A stretch of DNA of 64,000 nucleotides from Bacteroidaceae bacterium (GTDB lineage: Bacteria > Bacillota > Clostridia > Oscillospirales > Acutalibacteraceae), in contig CAVGCY010000055.1 of assembly GCA_963627915.1 (NCBI GenBank), forward strand, positions 2,609 through 66,608, in the 5' to 3' direction. Below are positions 9,445-18,706 of the stretch, in pieces. The number at the start of each line of letters is the position of its first letter. Position 1 is the stretch's first letter. The notes under the pieces are model-generated. The model made no database searches, had not been told where the DNA came from, and was given only the letters and a program-made list of their open reading frames with translations. The translations under genes were made by a program, and so were the position numbers.

Positions 9445-9700
9445 CCGAACTTAAAAAAACCCTCAGGAACAAAGTCCTAAGGGACGAATAGATATCCGCG
9501 GTACCACCCAAGTTCAGCGGACAAAAATCCGCCCTCTGAGATCTCTAACGTGATCAAACGCCGTACCCTATGATTTCAGGCACGGGGCTCGGGAATGAGT
9601 TATACGCATAAACATCGCTGTCCGCTCGCACCGTCCGCCGACTCTCTGAAAGACCCGAATATGCCTTGTTTCCGTCTTTGCCGTTAAATATACCTGTTTG
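9445..9700 (-). promoter_or_regulatory. T-box riboswitch leader with a probable Leu (CUC) specifier and a terminator/antiterminator
   Basis: The minus strand shows the AGAGAG stem I motif and the specifier-loop context AACUCA (CUC at 9597-9599). It also shows the T-box sequence AACUUGGGUGGUACCGCGG (9496-9515) and the terminator CCCUUAGGA/UCCUGAGGG followed by U7 (9453-9486). Confidence 0.88.
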
Positions 9701-9706
9701 AAAATG

Positions 9707-9735
9707 ATTTTACCACAAATAAACACGGTAGTCAA
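9707..9735 (-). promoter_or_regulatory. Sigma-A type promoter for the T-box leader
   Basis: TTGACT, a 17-nt spacer, then TAAAAT with an extended -10 (TGgTAAAAT). It lies immediately after the yhbY stop. Confidence 0.7.
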
Positions 9736-9738
9736 GGA

Positions 9739-10158
9739 TTAATTATTCGCATTCCTTGCCCGTTTGGCCGCCGCGGCAAGACGTCTCTGCTTCTCCGCTT
9801 TTGAAGCCTTCTTCGACTTTGCGGCAGGCTTTTTTTCAAACCTTGAAAAGCGTTTTTCGGCTTCGGTTCGCTTCTCTTCTTTTTTGTGAAGCTCCGGATT
9901 ATACCTGTAGAGAACAATAACTCCGCCGATAACCTGAACAACATCCGCGCCCGTCGCTTCCGAAATCATGTCGGCAGCCTGCCTCGGAGTATCCGGTGAC
10001 GTTTCGACGAGTACCTTAAGCTTAATAAGTTCACGTGTGTTCAGCGCACCGTCCGCCGCCTCTATAAGAGCGTCCGACAGACCTCCTTTGCCGTACTGAA
10101 ACAGCACGTCTAATTTGTTTGCCTGCGCTCTGAGCAAAGCTCTTTCTTTACTTGTCAT
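9739..10158 (-). CDS. yhbY: YhbY/CRM-domain RNA-binding protein with a Lys-rich C-terminal tail
   Basis: The N-terminal 95 aa match the YhbY pattern (LRAQANKLDVLFQYGKGGLSDALIEAADGALNTRELIKLKV). The last 45 aa or so are K/A/E-rich. Confidence 0.85.
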   Translation of the reverse strand: MTSKERALLRAQANKLDVLFQYGKGGLSDALIEAADGALNTRELIKLKVLVETSPDTPRQAADMISEATGADVVQVIGGVIVLYRYNPELHKKEEKRTEAEKRFSRFEKKPAAKSKKASKAEKQRRLAAAAKRARNANN

Positions 10159-10168
10159 TTCATACCTC

Positions 10169-10759
10169 TTAAATATAATCTTTGATTTTTTCCGAGAATA
10201 AGCGCAATGACTTGCCTCTATGGCTTACAGCGTCCTTTTCCTTGCCCGAAAGCTCGGCAAAGCTCTTATCTCCTATATAAAATACCGGGTCGAATCCGAA
10301 TCCGCCGACGCCCTTCGGCTCATATCCTATATATCCCTCGCACGTCTGCTCAACCTCAAGCAATCTGCCGTCGGGGAAAACACAGCACACCGCGCTTACA
10401 AACCGTGCCGTCCTTTTATCCGCCGGCACATTTTCAAGCTCTTTTAAAAGCGTGTTTATCTTAACGTCGTAAGGGACATCGTGACCGCCCGCATATCTTG
10501 CGGATTGAACGCCGGGACGGCCGCCGAGCGCGTCGACAACAAGACCCGAATCATCCGCAATGCAGACCATATTGCTTTCTCTGCAGCCGGATTCCGCTTT
10601 TATTCTCGCGTTTTCCGTAAACGTTTCGCCGGTTTCCTCCGCGTCCGTCAGCATAATTCCGATGTCCGAGCCTCTGACGGCTTCTATTCCGAGAGGTGCA
10701 AGAATCCTTTTAAATTCAATGCACTTATGCTCATTATGGGTCGCAATTAAGAATTTCAT
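10169..10759 (-). CDS. rdgB: Non-canonical purine NTP pyrophosphatase (RdgB/HAM1 family)
   Basis: A 196-aa protein with the typical N-terminus (FLIATHNEHKCIEF) and the motifs DDSGL and FGFDPVF. Confidence 0.9.
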   Translation of the reverse strand: MKFLIATHNEHKCIEFKRILAPLGIEAVRGSDIGIMLTDAEETGETFTENARIKAESGCRESNMVCIADDSGLVVDALGGRPGVQSARYAGGHDVPYDVKINTLLKELENVPADKRTARFVSAVCCVFPDGRLLEVEQTCEGYIGYEPKGVGGFGFDPVFYIGDKSFAELSGKEKDAVSHRGKSLRLFSEKIKDYI

Positions 10760-10930
10760 ACGATATCGCCCTTTCCGAGCGCATTTGAAACAAAATTCGC
10801 CGCCGATTCGATTTTTCCGAGCGTCGGTTCAATACCGTTGAGAACGTCTCTGAACTGAAAACGGCTACGTATTCTCTTTGAGATTTTAACAGGGGCGCGT
10901 CTGTCCCGGGTAACGGATTCAAAAGACGAT

Positions 10931-12064
10931 TTAAACGCTTTGCGTATCGCCGTCATCGGATTCGGCTCCTCGGGCAGTATCTCTCTGTCCGTCAGCGTCA
11001 GCTGGTACGCCGTCCTGTCCGCTGACTTCAATAGAATCCACAATTTCCCTGAAAAGCTCTTTGACTGCTTTTTCCTCTTCGCTCTCCTCGACCGGAACGT
11101 ATTCAAGCGGTTGTTCATATACGGGTAACACCTCGTCATCATTTATTTTATCGGGCATTTCCTCAAACAGGCTCTGCGCGAACGCCTGAGGATTAAAAGG
11201 CTGTAAATCGTCGATGCCCTCGCCGACGCCTATGAATTTAACGGGAATTTTAAGTTCGTTCTTGATAGCCAGAACAACTCCGCCTCTCGCGGTACCGTCA
11301 AGCTTTGTAAGAATAATGCCGGTAAGCTCGGCAACATTCATAAATTCTCTCGCCTGGTTTACGGCGTTCTGACCCGTCGTTGCGTCAAGAACAAGCAAAA
11401 TCTCTCTGTCGGAGTACGGAAGCTCACGGTCGATAACTCTGTAAATTTTTGCAAGCTCCTCCATCAGGTTCTTTTTATTATGAAGTCTGCCTGCGGTATC
11501 GCATATGATTATATCGTACATACGAGCCTTGCCCGCCTGAATCGTATCAAAAATAACGGCAGCGGGATCGGCGCCCTCTTTATGTTTTATTATGTCGACA
11601 TCTGCGCGTTTTGCCCACTCGTCAAGCTGTTCTATCGCCGCGGCTCTGAACGTATCGGCGGCTCCGAGAAGAACCTTTTTGCCCTGCGATTTATACATAG
11701 CGGCCATTTTGCCGATGGACGTCGTTTTTCCGACTCCGTTTACGCCGATTACAAGCACAATCGACGGCTGGGTAATAAGCCCCATATCCTCTCCGCCGTC
11801 AAGCATTTTTGCAACGATATCTTTAATTTCGTCCTTTGCCTGCCTTGTTGATTTCAAATTCTTTTTATTTACCCGCTCTTTTAATTGCGTAACAATCTGA
11901 GCGGCGGTTTCAACGCCTACGTCGCTCATTACGAGTATTTCCTCAAGCTCTACGTACAGATCGTCCGTAAATTCATCGAATGAATCGAGCATATCGTCAA
12001 TTGCGCCCGACATTTTATCTCTCGACTTTTTAAGACCCATGCTTATTTTTTTAAAAAATCCCAT
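10931..12064 (-). CDS. ftsY: Signal recognition particle receptor FtsY with an acidic C-terminal extension
   Basis: NG-domain motifs GVNGVGKTTSIGK, DTAGR and TKLDG are present. An extra tail of about 75 aa rich in D/E follows the usual C-terminus. Confidence 0.93.
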   Translation of the reverse strand: MGFFKKISMGLKKSRDKMSGAIDDMLDSFDEFTDDLYVELEEILVMSDVGVETAAQIVTQLKERVNKKNLKSTRQAKDEIKDIVAKMLDGGEDMGLITQPSIVLVIGVNGVGKTTSIGKMAAMYKSQGKKVLLGAADTFRAAAIEQLDEWAKRADVDIIKHKEGADPAAVIFDTIQAGKARMYDIIICDTAGRLHNKKNLMEELAKIYRVIDRELPYSDREILLVLDATTGQNAVNQAREFMNVAELTGIILTKLDGTARGGVVLAIKNELKIPVKFIGVGEGIDDLQPFNPQAFAQSLFEEMPDKINDDEVLPVYEQPLEYVPVEESEEEKAVKELFREIVDSIEVSGQDGVPADADGQRDTARGAESDDGDTQSV

Positions 12065-12083
12065 TTATTTCAACTCCTGTTTA

Positions 12084-15000
12084 TTATTCAAGTCCGAGTT
12101 TCTCCGCCATCTGCGCGGTTTTCAGCTCAAGTATTTTAGAAACGCCTTTTTCCTGCATTGTAACGCCGTACATAATATCGGCCTCCTCCATGGTTCCGCG
12201 CCGGTGCGTTATAAGTATAAACTGCGTTTTGTCGGTCATGCTTCTTACATACTGAGCATACCGCAAAACGTTTACGTCGTCAAGAGCGGCTTCAACCTCG
12301 TCGAAAATACAAAACGGCGACGGCGTAACCTTAAGTATGGCAAACAGCAAAGCGATAGCGCATAATCCCTTTTCTCCGCCGGAGAGAAGGCTTAGGTTTT
12401 TAACGTTCTTTCCGGGAGGCTGAGCCTTTATCTCAATTCCGCACTCCAATATATCGCTGTCGTCCTCAAGAATAAGTTCCGCGCTTCCTCCGCCGAATAT
12501 TGCCGAAAAGGTTTCCTTAAAACAAGCGTTTATAATATTGAAACGATCTCTGAACTGTTCCGCCATTTTTCCGGTCAGTTCGTCTATCATCTTAATCAAT
12601 TCCGCTTTCGACTTCTCCACATCGGTAAGCTGCGTCTTCATAAAATCGTATCTTTCACTTACCTCGCGGTATTCCTCTATCGCCGCAACATTTACGTTTC
12701 CGAGTGCTTTTATTTTTGACTTGACCTCGTAAAGCTCGCGTTTTGCTTCCGGTATATTCTCTAAATTAATATCGAGAGCTTCAGCCTCGCGGCGGGTTAA
12801 TTTATACTCCTCGAAAAGCCTGTTCTGCACATCCGTCTGTTCTTTTTCAAGCGCATTTTTTTTCGAGTCAAGACGTACAATCTCGCTTGCAAGCCTTTCT
12901 TTTTCATCGTTTTTTTCGCGCTCCGAGGCTCTCAAAACGCTCACTTGCTTATCGCACATATCGCGCTCTTTTACAAGTGAAGCGATAATCCCGTTCGCGT
13001 CCTCTTTCTGTTTTCTTACTCCGAGAATTTCATTTTCAAGAGATTCTATACGCTCAAGAAGATTTCCGTTCTTTTCCCGAAGCTGTGCTATTTCGCAGTC
13101 CAACTGTTTAAGTCTGTCCGACTGTCCGTTCTTTCTGCGCTCAAGCGAAGCTATCAACTCGCGCTGATTTTCAATATCCCTCGAATCGGAAGCAATAACA
13201 ACATTAATCTCCGATATCTTCGAGTTTATTTCCTCGCGCATTGACGTCAGCTTCTCACGGTCTATGTTTAAATTTTCAAGTTTTTTCTGAATTTCATCAA
13301 GAGATACGGTAATTTTTTCCTCTCGCTTCTTTGCCTCAAGTCCTGCAAGACGCAAAGCTTCGAGTCTTTCCGACGCCGATTTTTCCTCTTTTTTTAAATT
13401 TTCTATGTTATCGCGTAATGAATCATACCGGCTTTTTGCCGAGCTTAACAATGAATCCGAGCGTATTTTGTCCTCCTGCAGAGAGGAAAGCTCTGACTTT
13501 GCCGATTCCAATTCGGCATTCTCCTTTGCAAGCTCCTCTTTTGCCTTTTTATAATTCGTTTCAAGCTCTTTAATCTGAGCGTTTTTATCGTTAAGCTGTT
13601 TTTTCAGAGTTTCAATTTCGCTCTGTCTTGTAAGGAATCCCGCGCTTTTTATTTTCGCGCCGCCCGTCATCGAACCGCCGGTATTAATAACCTGACCGTC
13701 GAGAGTAACTATTTTAAATCTGTTTTTATATTTTTTTGCCATATCGACAGCACAGTCAAGATCCTCGGCTACAACTGTTTTTCCGAGCTGGTTTTCTATT
13801 ATATCGTAATACTGCGAATCATATTCGACTATCTTACTCGCGATATTTACAAATCCGCGGCACTCTTCAAGTCCTGTTTCACCGAGTTCGCGAGCCTTAA
13901 GAGCTGTCATCGGAAAAAACGTCGCTCTGCCGATATTGTTTTCCTTAAGAAAATTCATCGCCCGCTTTGCGTCTGCCTCAGAATCCGTTACTATATGCTG
14001 AATCGACGCGCCGAGAGCCGTTTCTATTGCAAGAGAATACTCGGCTTTTACATTGATTATCTGAGACATTGTGCCGTGTATTCCGCGCAGGCTCCCGCGC
14101 AAAGACTCCTTCATTACAGCCTTAACGCTTCCGGAATAACCCTCCATATTCTTCTCCATATCCTCAAGAAGCTGTATACGCGACTGTATTCTCTGTGAAT
14201 CGAGAACCGAGGAATCGAGGGCAAGCTTCATCTCGCCGGAGGTCTGCGTCTTTGTCCTCACTCTTATTATTCGTCCCGACACGGAGTTTGTAACAGACGT
14301 TACCTTCTCCGAAAGCCCGTCGGTTTTTTCTTCAAGCCTCTTCTTTTCATCAAACGCGTTCTCAAGCTCATTTTTTCCGTTATTTATACTTTCATTAAGA
14401 GAATCGATACGCGCCGAAATCTCCTTTGCCGACGAATCGGCCGCCGAAAAACGAACTTTTTCATCCGAAAGACGTTTTGTCAAAACGTTCATCTCGTCGG
14501 ATATTTTAATATACTCGTCCGATACGGATTCGTTTTGTTTTGCAAGTGATTCGAGCCCATCCGAAAAAGACCGCGTTTCATTTCTCCTTTCCTCTATATG
14601 AGCGTTGAGGGATTCTATCGTTTTTTCGGCGGAAAGTATCTGCTCGTCAATCTGTTCTGCGGATAGGTTTTCCTTTTCCTTGTCGTCCTCTATTCTCTTT
14701 ATCGTATCGTTATTATGCTCAATCGAATTTTTATTAAGAGCTATAAGCCCTTCGAGCGAAACCGCCTGTTCTTCAAATGATGAAGAATTTTTCTGTACCT
14801 GCTCTATCTGCAAGGTTATATTTCTGCTTTTATGCGTATATTCCTCGCTTTTTTCAATTATCTCGGCAAGCTCCTTCTCCGCCTTTTCATGCTGAGCCTC
14901 GGCCGCGGCTGTTTTATTGTACTGCGTACGTATAAGCTCTGCCGATTTTGAAAGAATATCGAGCCATATTCCGATTTCGAGATTTTTTCTTCTGTCGGCA

Positions 15001-15653
15001 AGCACGAGGAATTTCTGCGCCTTTTCGCTCTGCTTTTCAAGCGGACCTACACGGCTTTCAAGCTCGGACATTATATCCCTTAATCTTAGAAGGTTTTCCT
15101 CTGCGGAATCAAGTCTTTTAAGCGCGTCTGCACGGCGGTATCTGTAATGAGAAATTCCGGCCGCCTCTTCAAACATCTCGCGTCTGTCCTGACTTTTTGA
15201 TGAAACCATATCCTCAATTTTACCCTGGCTCACCATAGAATAGCCGTCTCTGCCCAGTCCCGTATCCATGAAAAGCTCGTGAACGTCCTTAAGTCTTACG
15301 CTTGAAGAATTTATTTTATATTCGCTCTCGCCCGAACGGTAAAAACGCCTTGTCACAGCGACCTCATCATCATCTCTGTTAAGCGCGCGGTCGGTATTAT
15401 CAAGTCTCAGCGTCACCTCGGCAAAGCCCTGAGCCTTGCGCTTATCGGTTCCGCTGAAAATAACGTCCTCCATTTTCGCGCCCCGCAAAGACTTTGTGGA
15501 CTGCTCTCCGAGAACCCATTTTACGGCGTCGGCAATATTGCTTTTACCCGAACCGTTAGGTCCGACGACAGCGGTCATGCCCTTGCCGAAATTAAATACC
15601 GTTTTATCCGGAAAGGACTTGAAGCCCTGCATTTCAAGTGATTTTAAGTACAT
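12084..15653 (-). CDS. smc: Chromosome partition protein SMC
   Basis: An 1189-aa protein with Walker A (GPNGSGKSN), long coiled coils, a hinge, the signature motif LSGGEK and Walker B (FCIFDEVEAALD). Confidence 0.97.
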   Translation of the reverse strand: MYLKSLEMQGFKSFPDKTVFNFGKGMTAVVGPNGSGKSNIADAVKWVLGEQSTKSLRGAKMEDVIFSGTDKRKAQGFAEVTLRLDNTDRALNRDDDEVAVTRRFYRSGESEYKINSSSVRLKDVHELFMDTGLGRDGYSMVSQGKIEDMVSSKSQDRREMFEEAAGISHYRYRRADALKRLDSAEENLLRLRDIMSELESRVGPLEKQSEKAQKFLVLADRRKNLEIGIWLDILSKSAELIRTQYNKTAAAEAQHEKAEKELAEIIEKSEEYTHKSRNITLQIEQVQKNSSSFEEQAVSLEGLIALNKNSIEHNNDTIKRIEDDKEKENLSAEQIDEQILSAEKTIESLNAHIEERRNETRSFSDGLESLAKQNESVSDEYIKISDEMNVLTKRLSDEKVRFSAADSSAKEISARIDSLNESINNGKNELENAFDEKKRLEEKTDGLSEKVTSVTNSVSGRIIRVRTKTQTSGEMKLALDSSVLDSQRIQSRIQLLEDMEKNMEGYSGSVKAVMKESLRGSLRGIHGTMSQIINVKAEYSLAIETALGASIQHIVTDSEADAKRAMNFLKENNIGRATFFPMTALKARELGETGLEECRGFVNIASKIVEYDSQYYDIIENQLGKTVVAEDLDCAVDMAKKYKNRFKIVTLDGQVINTGGSMTGGAKIKSAGFLTRQSEIETLKKQLNDKNAQIKELETNYKKAKEELAKENAELESAKSELSSLQEDKIRSDSLLSSAKSRYDSLRDNIENLKKEEKSASERLEALRLAGLEAKKREEKITVSLDEIQKKLENLNIDREKLTSMREEINSKISEINVVIASDSRDIENQRELIASLERRKNGQSDRLKQLDCEIAQLREKNGNLLERIESLENEILGVRKQKEDANGIIASLVKERDMCDKQVSVLRASEREKNDEKERLASEIVRLDSKKNALEKEQTDVQNRLFEEYKLTRREAEALDINLENIPEAKRELYEVKSKIKALGNVNVAAIEEYREVSERYDFMKTQLTDVEKSKAELIKMIDELTGKMAEQFRDRFNIINACFKETFSAIFGGGSAELILEDDSDILECGIEIKAQPPGKNVKNLSLLSGGEKGLCAIALLFAILKVTPSPFCIFDEVEAALDDVNVLRYAQYVRSMTDKTQFILITHRRGTMEEADIMYGVTMQEKGVSKILELKTAQMAEKLGLE

Positions 15654-15662
15654 TTTTACTCC

Positions 15663-16661
15663 TTACAGTTCAATAACGGGATTGAATTTTTCGACCCCTT
15701 CGCGTTCTTTTACTTTAAGATTAACGCCGAGGGACGAAAGAAAATTTATATTTCGTCTGTTCTGTCCCGTCATTCTCGAAACGTCGCCCGGCGCAACAAA
15801 CGCCGTAACGTTTCCCTTTATATTATTTTCCTTAATCTTCTTAACGACTGCATTAAGATACATCCGTCCCTCGCAAAGTTCCCTGAACGCGGGATGATAT
15901 GCGCCCGTTATATATCCGTCGTCAAGTCCTCCGCCCGAATGCAGTCCGACGCGGATTACATTTATATTATTGTCATAAAAAATCCTGAGCAGCCTCGCGC
16001 ACAGATTTACGGCTTCGTCAACCGTCTGCGGTTTATATTCTCCCGAACGGTAAAGATATGCAAGACGCGTATTTTCGAGTACTGCGGCAGGATAAATCCT
16101 TACGGTCACGGGATTCAACGAAACTATTTTTTCGGCTGTCATAACGGCGGTATCATCGTCGTCACCGAACAGCCCCGTCATCATCTGAAGTCCGAGCTCA
16201 AACCCGTATTTCCTTATAAGCTCAGACGCATTGTCAACATCCGCCGCCGTATGTCCTCTCTCGTTCATTTTCAACACTCTGTCGGACATGCTCTGCGCAC
16301 CGAGTTCGATTGACGTTACGCCGTATTTTTTTAATATATCGAGTATTTCACGGTCAATACAGTCCGGACGTGTTGAAATTCTGATTCCCTTAAAAAAACC
16401 ACTGTAAACGTATTTATAAGCGGATTCGAGAAGGGAAATCATATACTCTCTGTCTATCGCAGTAAAACTGCCTCCGAAAAATGCAATTTCACTGCGCTCC
16501 GGAGCAATTTCGGAGCTTTTAAGAGCTGTTGAAACCGCGTCATCAACATCGGACGGCATAAGCGGTTTCTTAACGCCCGTGATAGTTCTTTGATTGCAGA
16601 AACTGCACTGGTGCGGACATCCGTAGTGCGGAACGAACAAGGCGACGTTTACGTGCTTCAT
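15663..16661 (-). CDS. Radical SAM protein (ELP3-like family)
   Basis: CX3CX2C cluster motif near the N-terminus (GCPHQCSFCNQ). The position between rnc and smc is conserved in Clostridia. Confidence 0.85.
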   Translation of the reverse strand: MKHVNVALFVPHYGCPHQCSFCNQRTITGVKKPLMPSDVDDAVSTALKSSEIAPERSEIAFFGGSFTAIDREYMISLLESAYKYVYSGFFKGIRISTRPDCIDREILDILKKYGVTSIELGAQSMSDRVLKMNERGHTAADVDNASELIRKYGFELGLQMMTGLFGDDDDTAVMTAEKIVSLNPVTVRIYPAAVLENTRLAYLYRSGEYKPQTVDEAVNLCARLLRIFYDNNINVIRVGLHSGGGLDDGYITGAYHPAFRELCEGRMYLNAVVKKIKENNIKGNVTAFVAPGDVSRMTGQNRRNINFLSSLGVNLKVKEREGVEKFNPVIEL

Positions 16662-17332
16662 CTTACAACGCCCATGAGCTTCAAAGCCTCTTTTGCCGCC
16701 GCCTGCTCGGCCTGTTTCTTGCTTCTGCCCTCGCCGACGCCTATATTGTTGGAATTAAGGTGAACCTCTACGACAAATCTCTTATTATGGTCGGGTCCCG
16801 ACTCCTCAACCGGTATATACTCGAGCGTTTCGCCGTGATTCTTCTGGATAATTTCCTGAAGCGCGGTCTTATAATCTGTAAGCTCGGGCTGTTCTATATC
16901 CGCGTGAGATATAAACGAGAGAACAAATTTCTCAGCCTCGCCGAACCCGGCGTCAAGATATATTGCGGCGATTACGGATTCAAACGCGTCCGCAAGTATA
17001 GACGGACGTTCCCTGCCGCCCGTGCATATCTCGCCCTTGCCCAAATACATAAACTGACCGAGATTTATCTGCTTTGCAAATTTGTGAAGAGATTTTTCGC
17101 ACACCGCGGCGGCTCTCATTTTTGTAAGCTTGCCCTCAGGCAGCGACGGATAATTTTTAAAAAAATACTCCGCCGAAATCATGCCCAGTACGGAATCGCC
17201 CAAAAACTCCAGTCGCTCATTGAATTTTACGTTATTATGCATTTCGTTTGCGTAAGACGAATGAGTCAATGCAGTTTTCAGCAGCGATTTATCCTTAAAT
17301 TCATGACCTATTATTTTTTCAAATTCTTCCAT
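16658..17332 (-). CDS. rnc: Ribonuclease III
   Basis: RNase III signature ERLEFLGDSVL plus a C-terminal dsRBD (GEGRSKKQAEQAAAKEAL). Confidence 0.96.
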   Translation of the reverse strand: MEEFEKIIGHEFKDKSLLKTALTHSSYANEMHNNVKFNERLEFLGDSVLGMISAEYFFKNYPSLPEGKLTKMRAAAVCEKSLHKFAKQINLGQFMYLGKGEICTGGRERPSILADAFESVIAAIYLDAGFGEAEKFVLSFISHADIEQPELTDYKTALQEIIQKNHGETLEYIPVEESGPDHNKRFVVEVHLNSNNIGVGEGRSKKQAEQAAAKEALKLMGVVR

Positions 17333-17392
17333 AATTCATACCTCTCGAACGTATTTTCCGTTTATACAAACGGAAAATACGCCATGTAAAAA

Positions 17393-18706
17393 TCATAATG
17401 ATATTGAATCGTAATAATCAAGACTTCTTTTTGCAAGAGCGGAATAACGCTCCTTCTTGTCCCTGATTTTCACCCCCAAAGGCTCTAAAAGTCCGAAGCT
17501 TGCGCCCATAGGCTGAAATTTCGTTACGGTTTCGTCGCTTATATAGTGAGACAGTGCGCCCAGTATGGTTATATCTGGCAGTTCAAGAGGTTCTTTGGAG
17601 AGAATACGCCTTGACGCGTTCTCCCCCGCAAGAATACCCGACGCCGCCGACTCCATATAACCCTCGACGCCGGTTATCTGTCCGGCAAAGTAAATCTCAG
17701 GATATTTTCTCATTGAAAAATCACTGTTTAAAAGTCTCGGAGAATCTATAAACGTATTTCTGTGCATCACTCCGTAACGCACAAATTCCGCGTTCTTCAA
17801 TGCGGGAATCATTGAAAATACACGCTTCTGCTCACCGAATTTCAAATTCGTCTGAAAACCGACAAGATTATACATGGTAGCGGCGGCATTTTCCTTGCGA
17901 AGCTGCAATACAGCCCACGGTCTGCGGCCGGTATTCGGATCTTTCAATCCTACAGGTTTTAACGGACCGAATCTTATCGTATCTGCTCCGCGCTTTGCCA
18001 TTATCTCTATCGGCATACATCCCTCGTAAACAGATTTTCTGTCAAAATCGTGGACAAGCGCAATTTCAGCATTTACAAGCTCGTTATAAAAAGAATCGTA
18101 CTCCTCTTTATTCATCGGACAATTTATATAATCATCGTCTCCGCCCCTGTCGTATCTCGACTGAGAAAACGCACAAGACATATCAACGCTGTCCGCCGTT
18201 ATAACGGGGGCGGCCGCGTCGTAAAAGCTTAAAAAGTTCTCTCCGGCAAGTCGCGAAATCTCTCTGCTCAGCGCGTCCGAAACGAGAGGTCCCGCCGCAA
18301 TTATCACAGCCGAAACATCAGTCGGAACGGACGTTACCTCCTTGCGGATAAGCGTTATATTTTCATCATTTTCAATCCTGCTTGTCACGAGGGACGAAAA
18401 TATATCTCTGTCAACCGCAAGCGCGCCTCCTGCTGGAACGGCGGATTTTTCGGCGCACGAAACGCAAACGGAATCAAATCTCTTCATCTCCGCCTTTAAA
18501 AGTCCCGCCGCGGACTCTGTTCGTAAAGCCTTAAACGAATTTGAACAAACAAGCTCGGCTAAATTCTCCGACTTGTGAGCAGGAGAAAACCGGACGGGTT
18601 TCATTTCGTAAAGGTCAACCTTTATTCCCGCCTTAGACAATCTGCACGCCGCCTCTGCGCCCGCGAAGCCTCCGCCTATGACGGCGGCTTTTTTCATATC
18701 ATTCAT
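17393..18706 (-). CDS. trmFO: Methylenetetrahydrofolate--tRNA-(uracil-5)-methyltransferase TrmFO
   Basis: FAD-binding N-terminus (AAVIGGGFAGAEAA) and the conserved topA-trmFO synteny. The start is placed at ATG 18706 (AAGGA upstream); ATG 18697 is an alternative. Confidence 0.92.
   Translation of the reverse strand: MNDMKKAAVIGGGFAGAEAACRLSKAGIKVDLYEMKPVRFSPAHKSENLAELVCSNSFKALRTESAAGLLKAEMKRFDSVCVSCAEKSAVPAGGALAVDRDIFSSLVTSRIENDENITLIRKEVTSVPTDVSAVIIAAGPLVSDALSREISRLAGENFLSFYDAAAPVITADSVDMSCAFSQSRYDRGGDDDYINCPMNKEEYDSFYNELVNAEIALVHDFDRKSVYEGCMPIEIMAKRGADTIRFGPLKPVGLKDPNTGRRPWAVLQLRKENAAATMYNLVGFQTNLKFGEQKRVFSMIPALKNAEFVRYGVMHRNTFIDSPRLLNSDFSMRKYPEIYFAGQITGVEGYMESAASGILAGENASRRILSKEPLELPDITILGALSHYISDETVTKFQPMGASFGLLEPLGVKIRDKKERYSALAKRSLDYYDSISL

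Noticed and set aside
9437-9511. The N-terminal 25-aa extension of nadD suggested by the ORF track, and similar extensions of infC (to 24155), the topoisomerase B subunit (from 36075), secG (to 35983), galM (from 53353) and the 644-aa protein (from 54568).
   Set aside because: The extensions run through a T-box terminator, the leader terminator, the promoter hexamers or non-conserved sequence. In each case an internal start has a good SD and yields the canonical N-terminus or signal peptide.
9590-9606. Alternative specifier readings in the T-box loop UAACUCAUU, namely ACU (Thr) or UCA (Ser).
   Set aside because: The conserved purine immediately 3' of the codon fits CUC-A. The UGGU bulge predicts an A73 discriminator, and the only synthetase gene in the downstream operon is leuS. 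A covariance-model alignment is still needed for certainty.
10756-11142. A 128-aa minus-strand ORF overlapping the 3' end of ftsY and filling the ftsY-rdgB gap.
   Set aside because: It overlaps the ftsY tail in another frame. It is basic and low-complexity with no recognisable family and no convincing RBS. It is kept in mind only as an alternative if the ftsY tail turns out to be a frameshift artefact.
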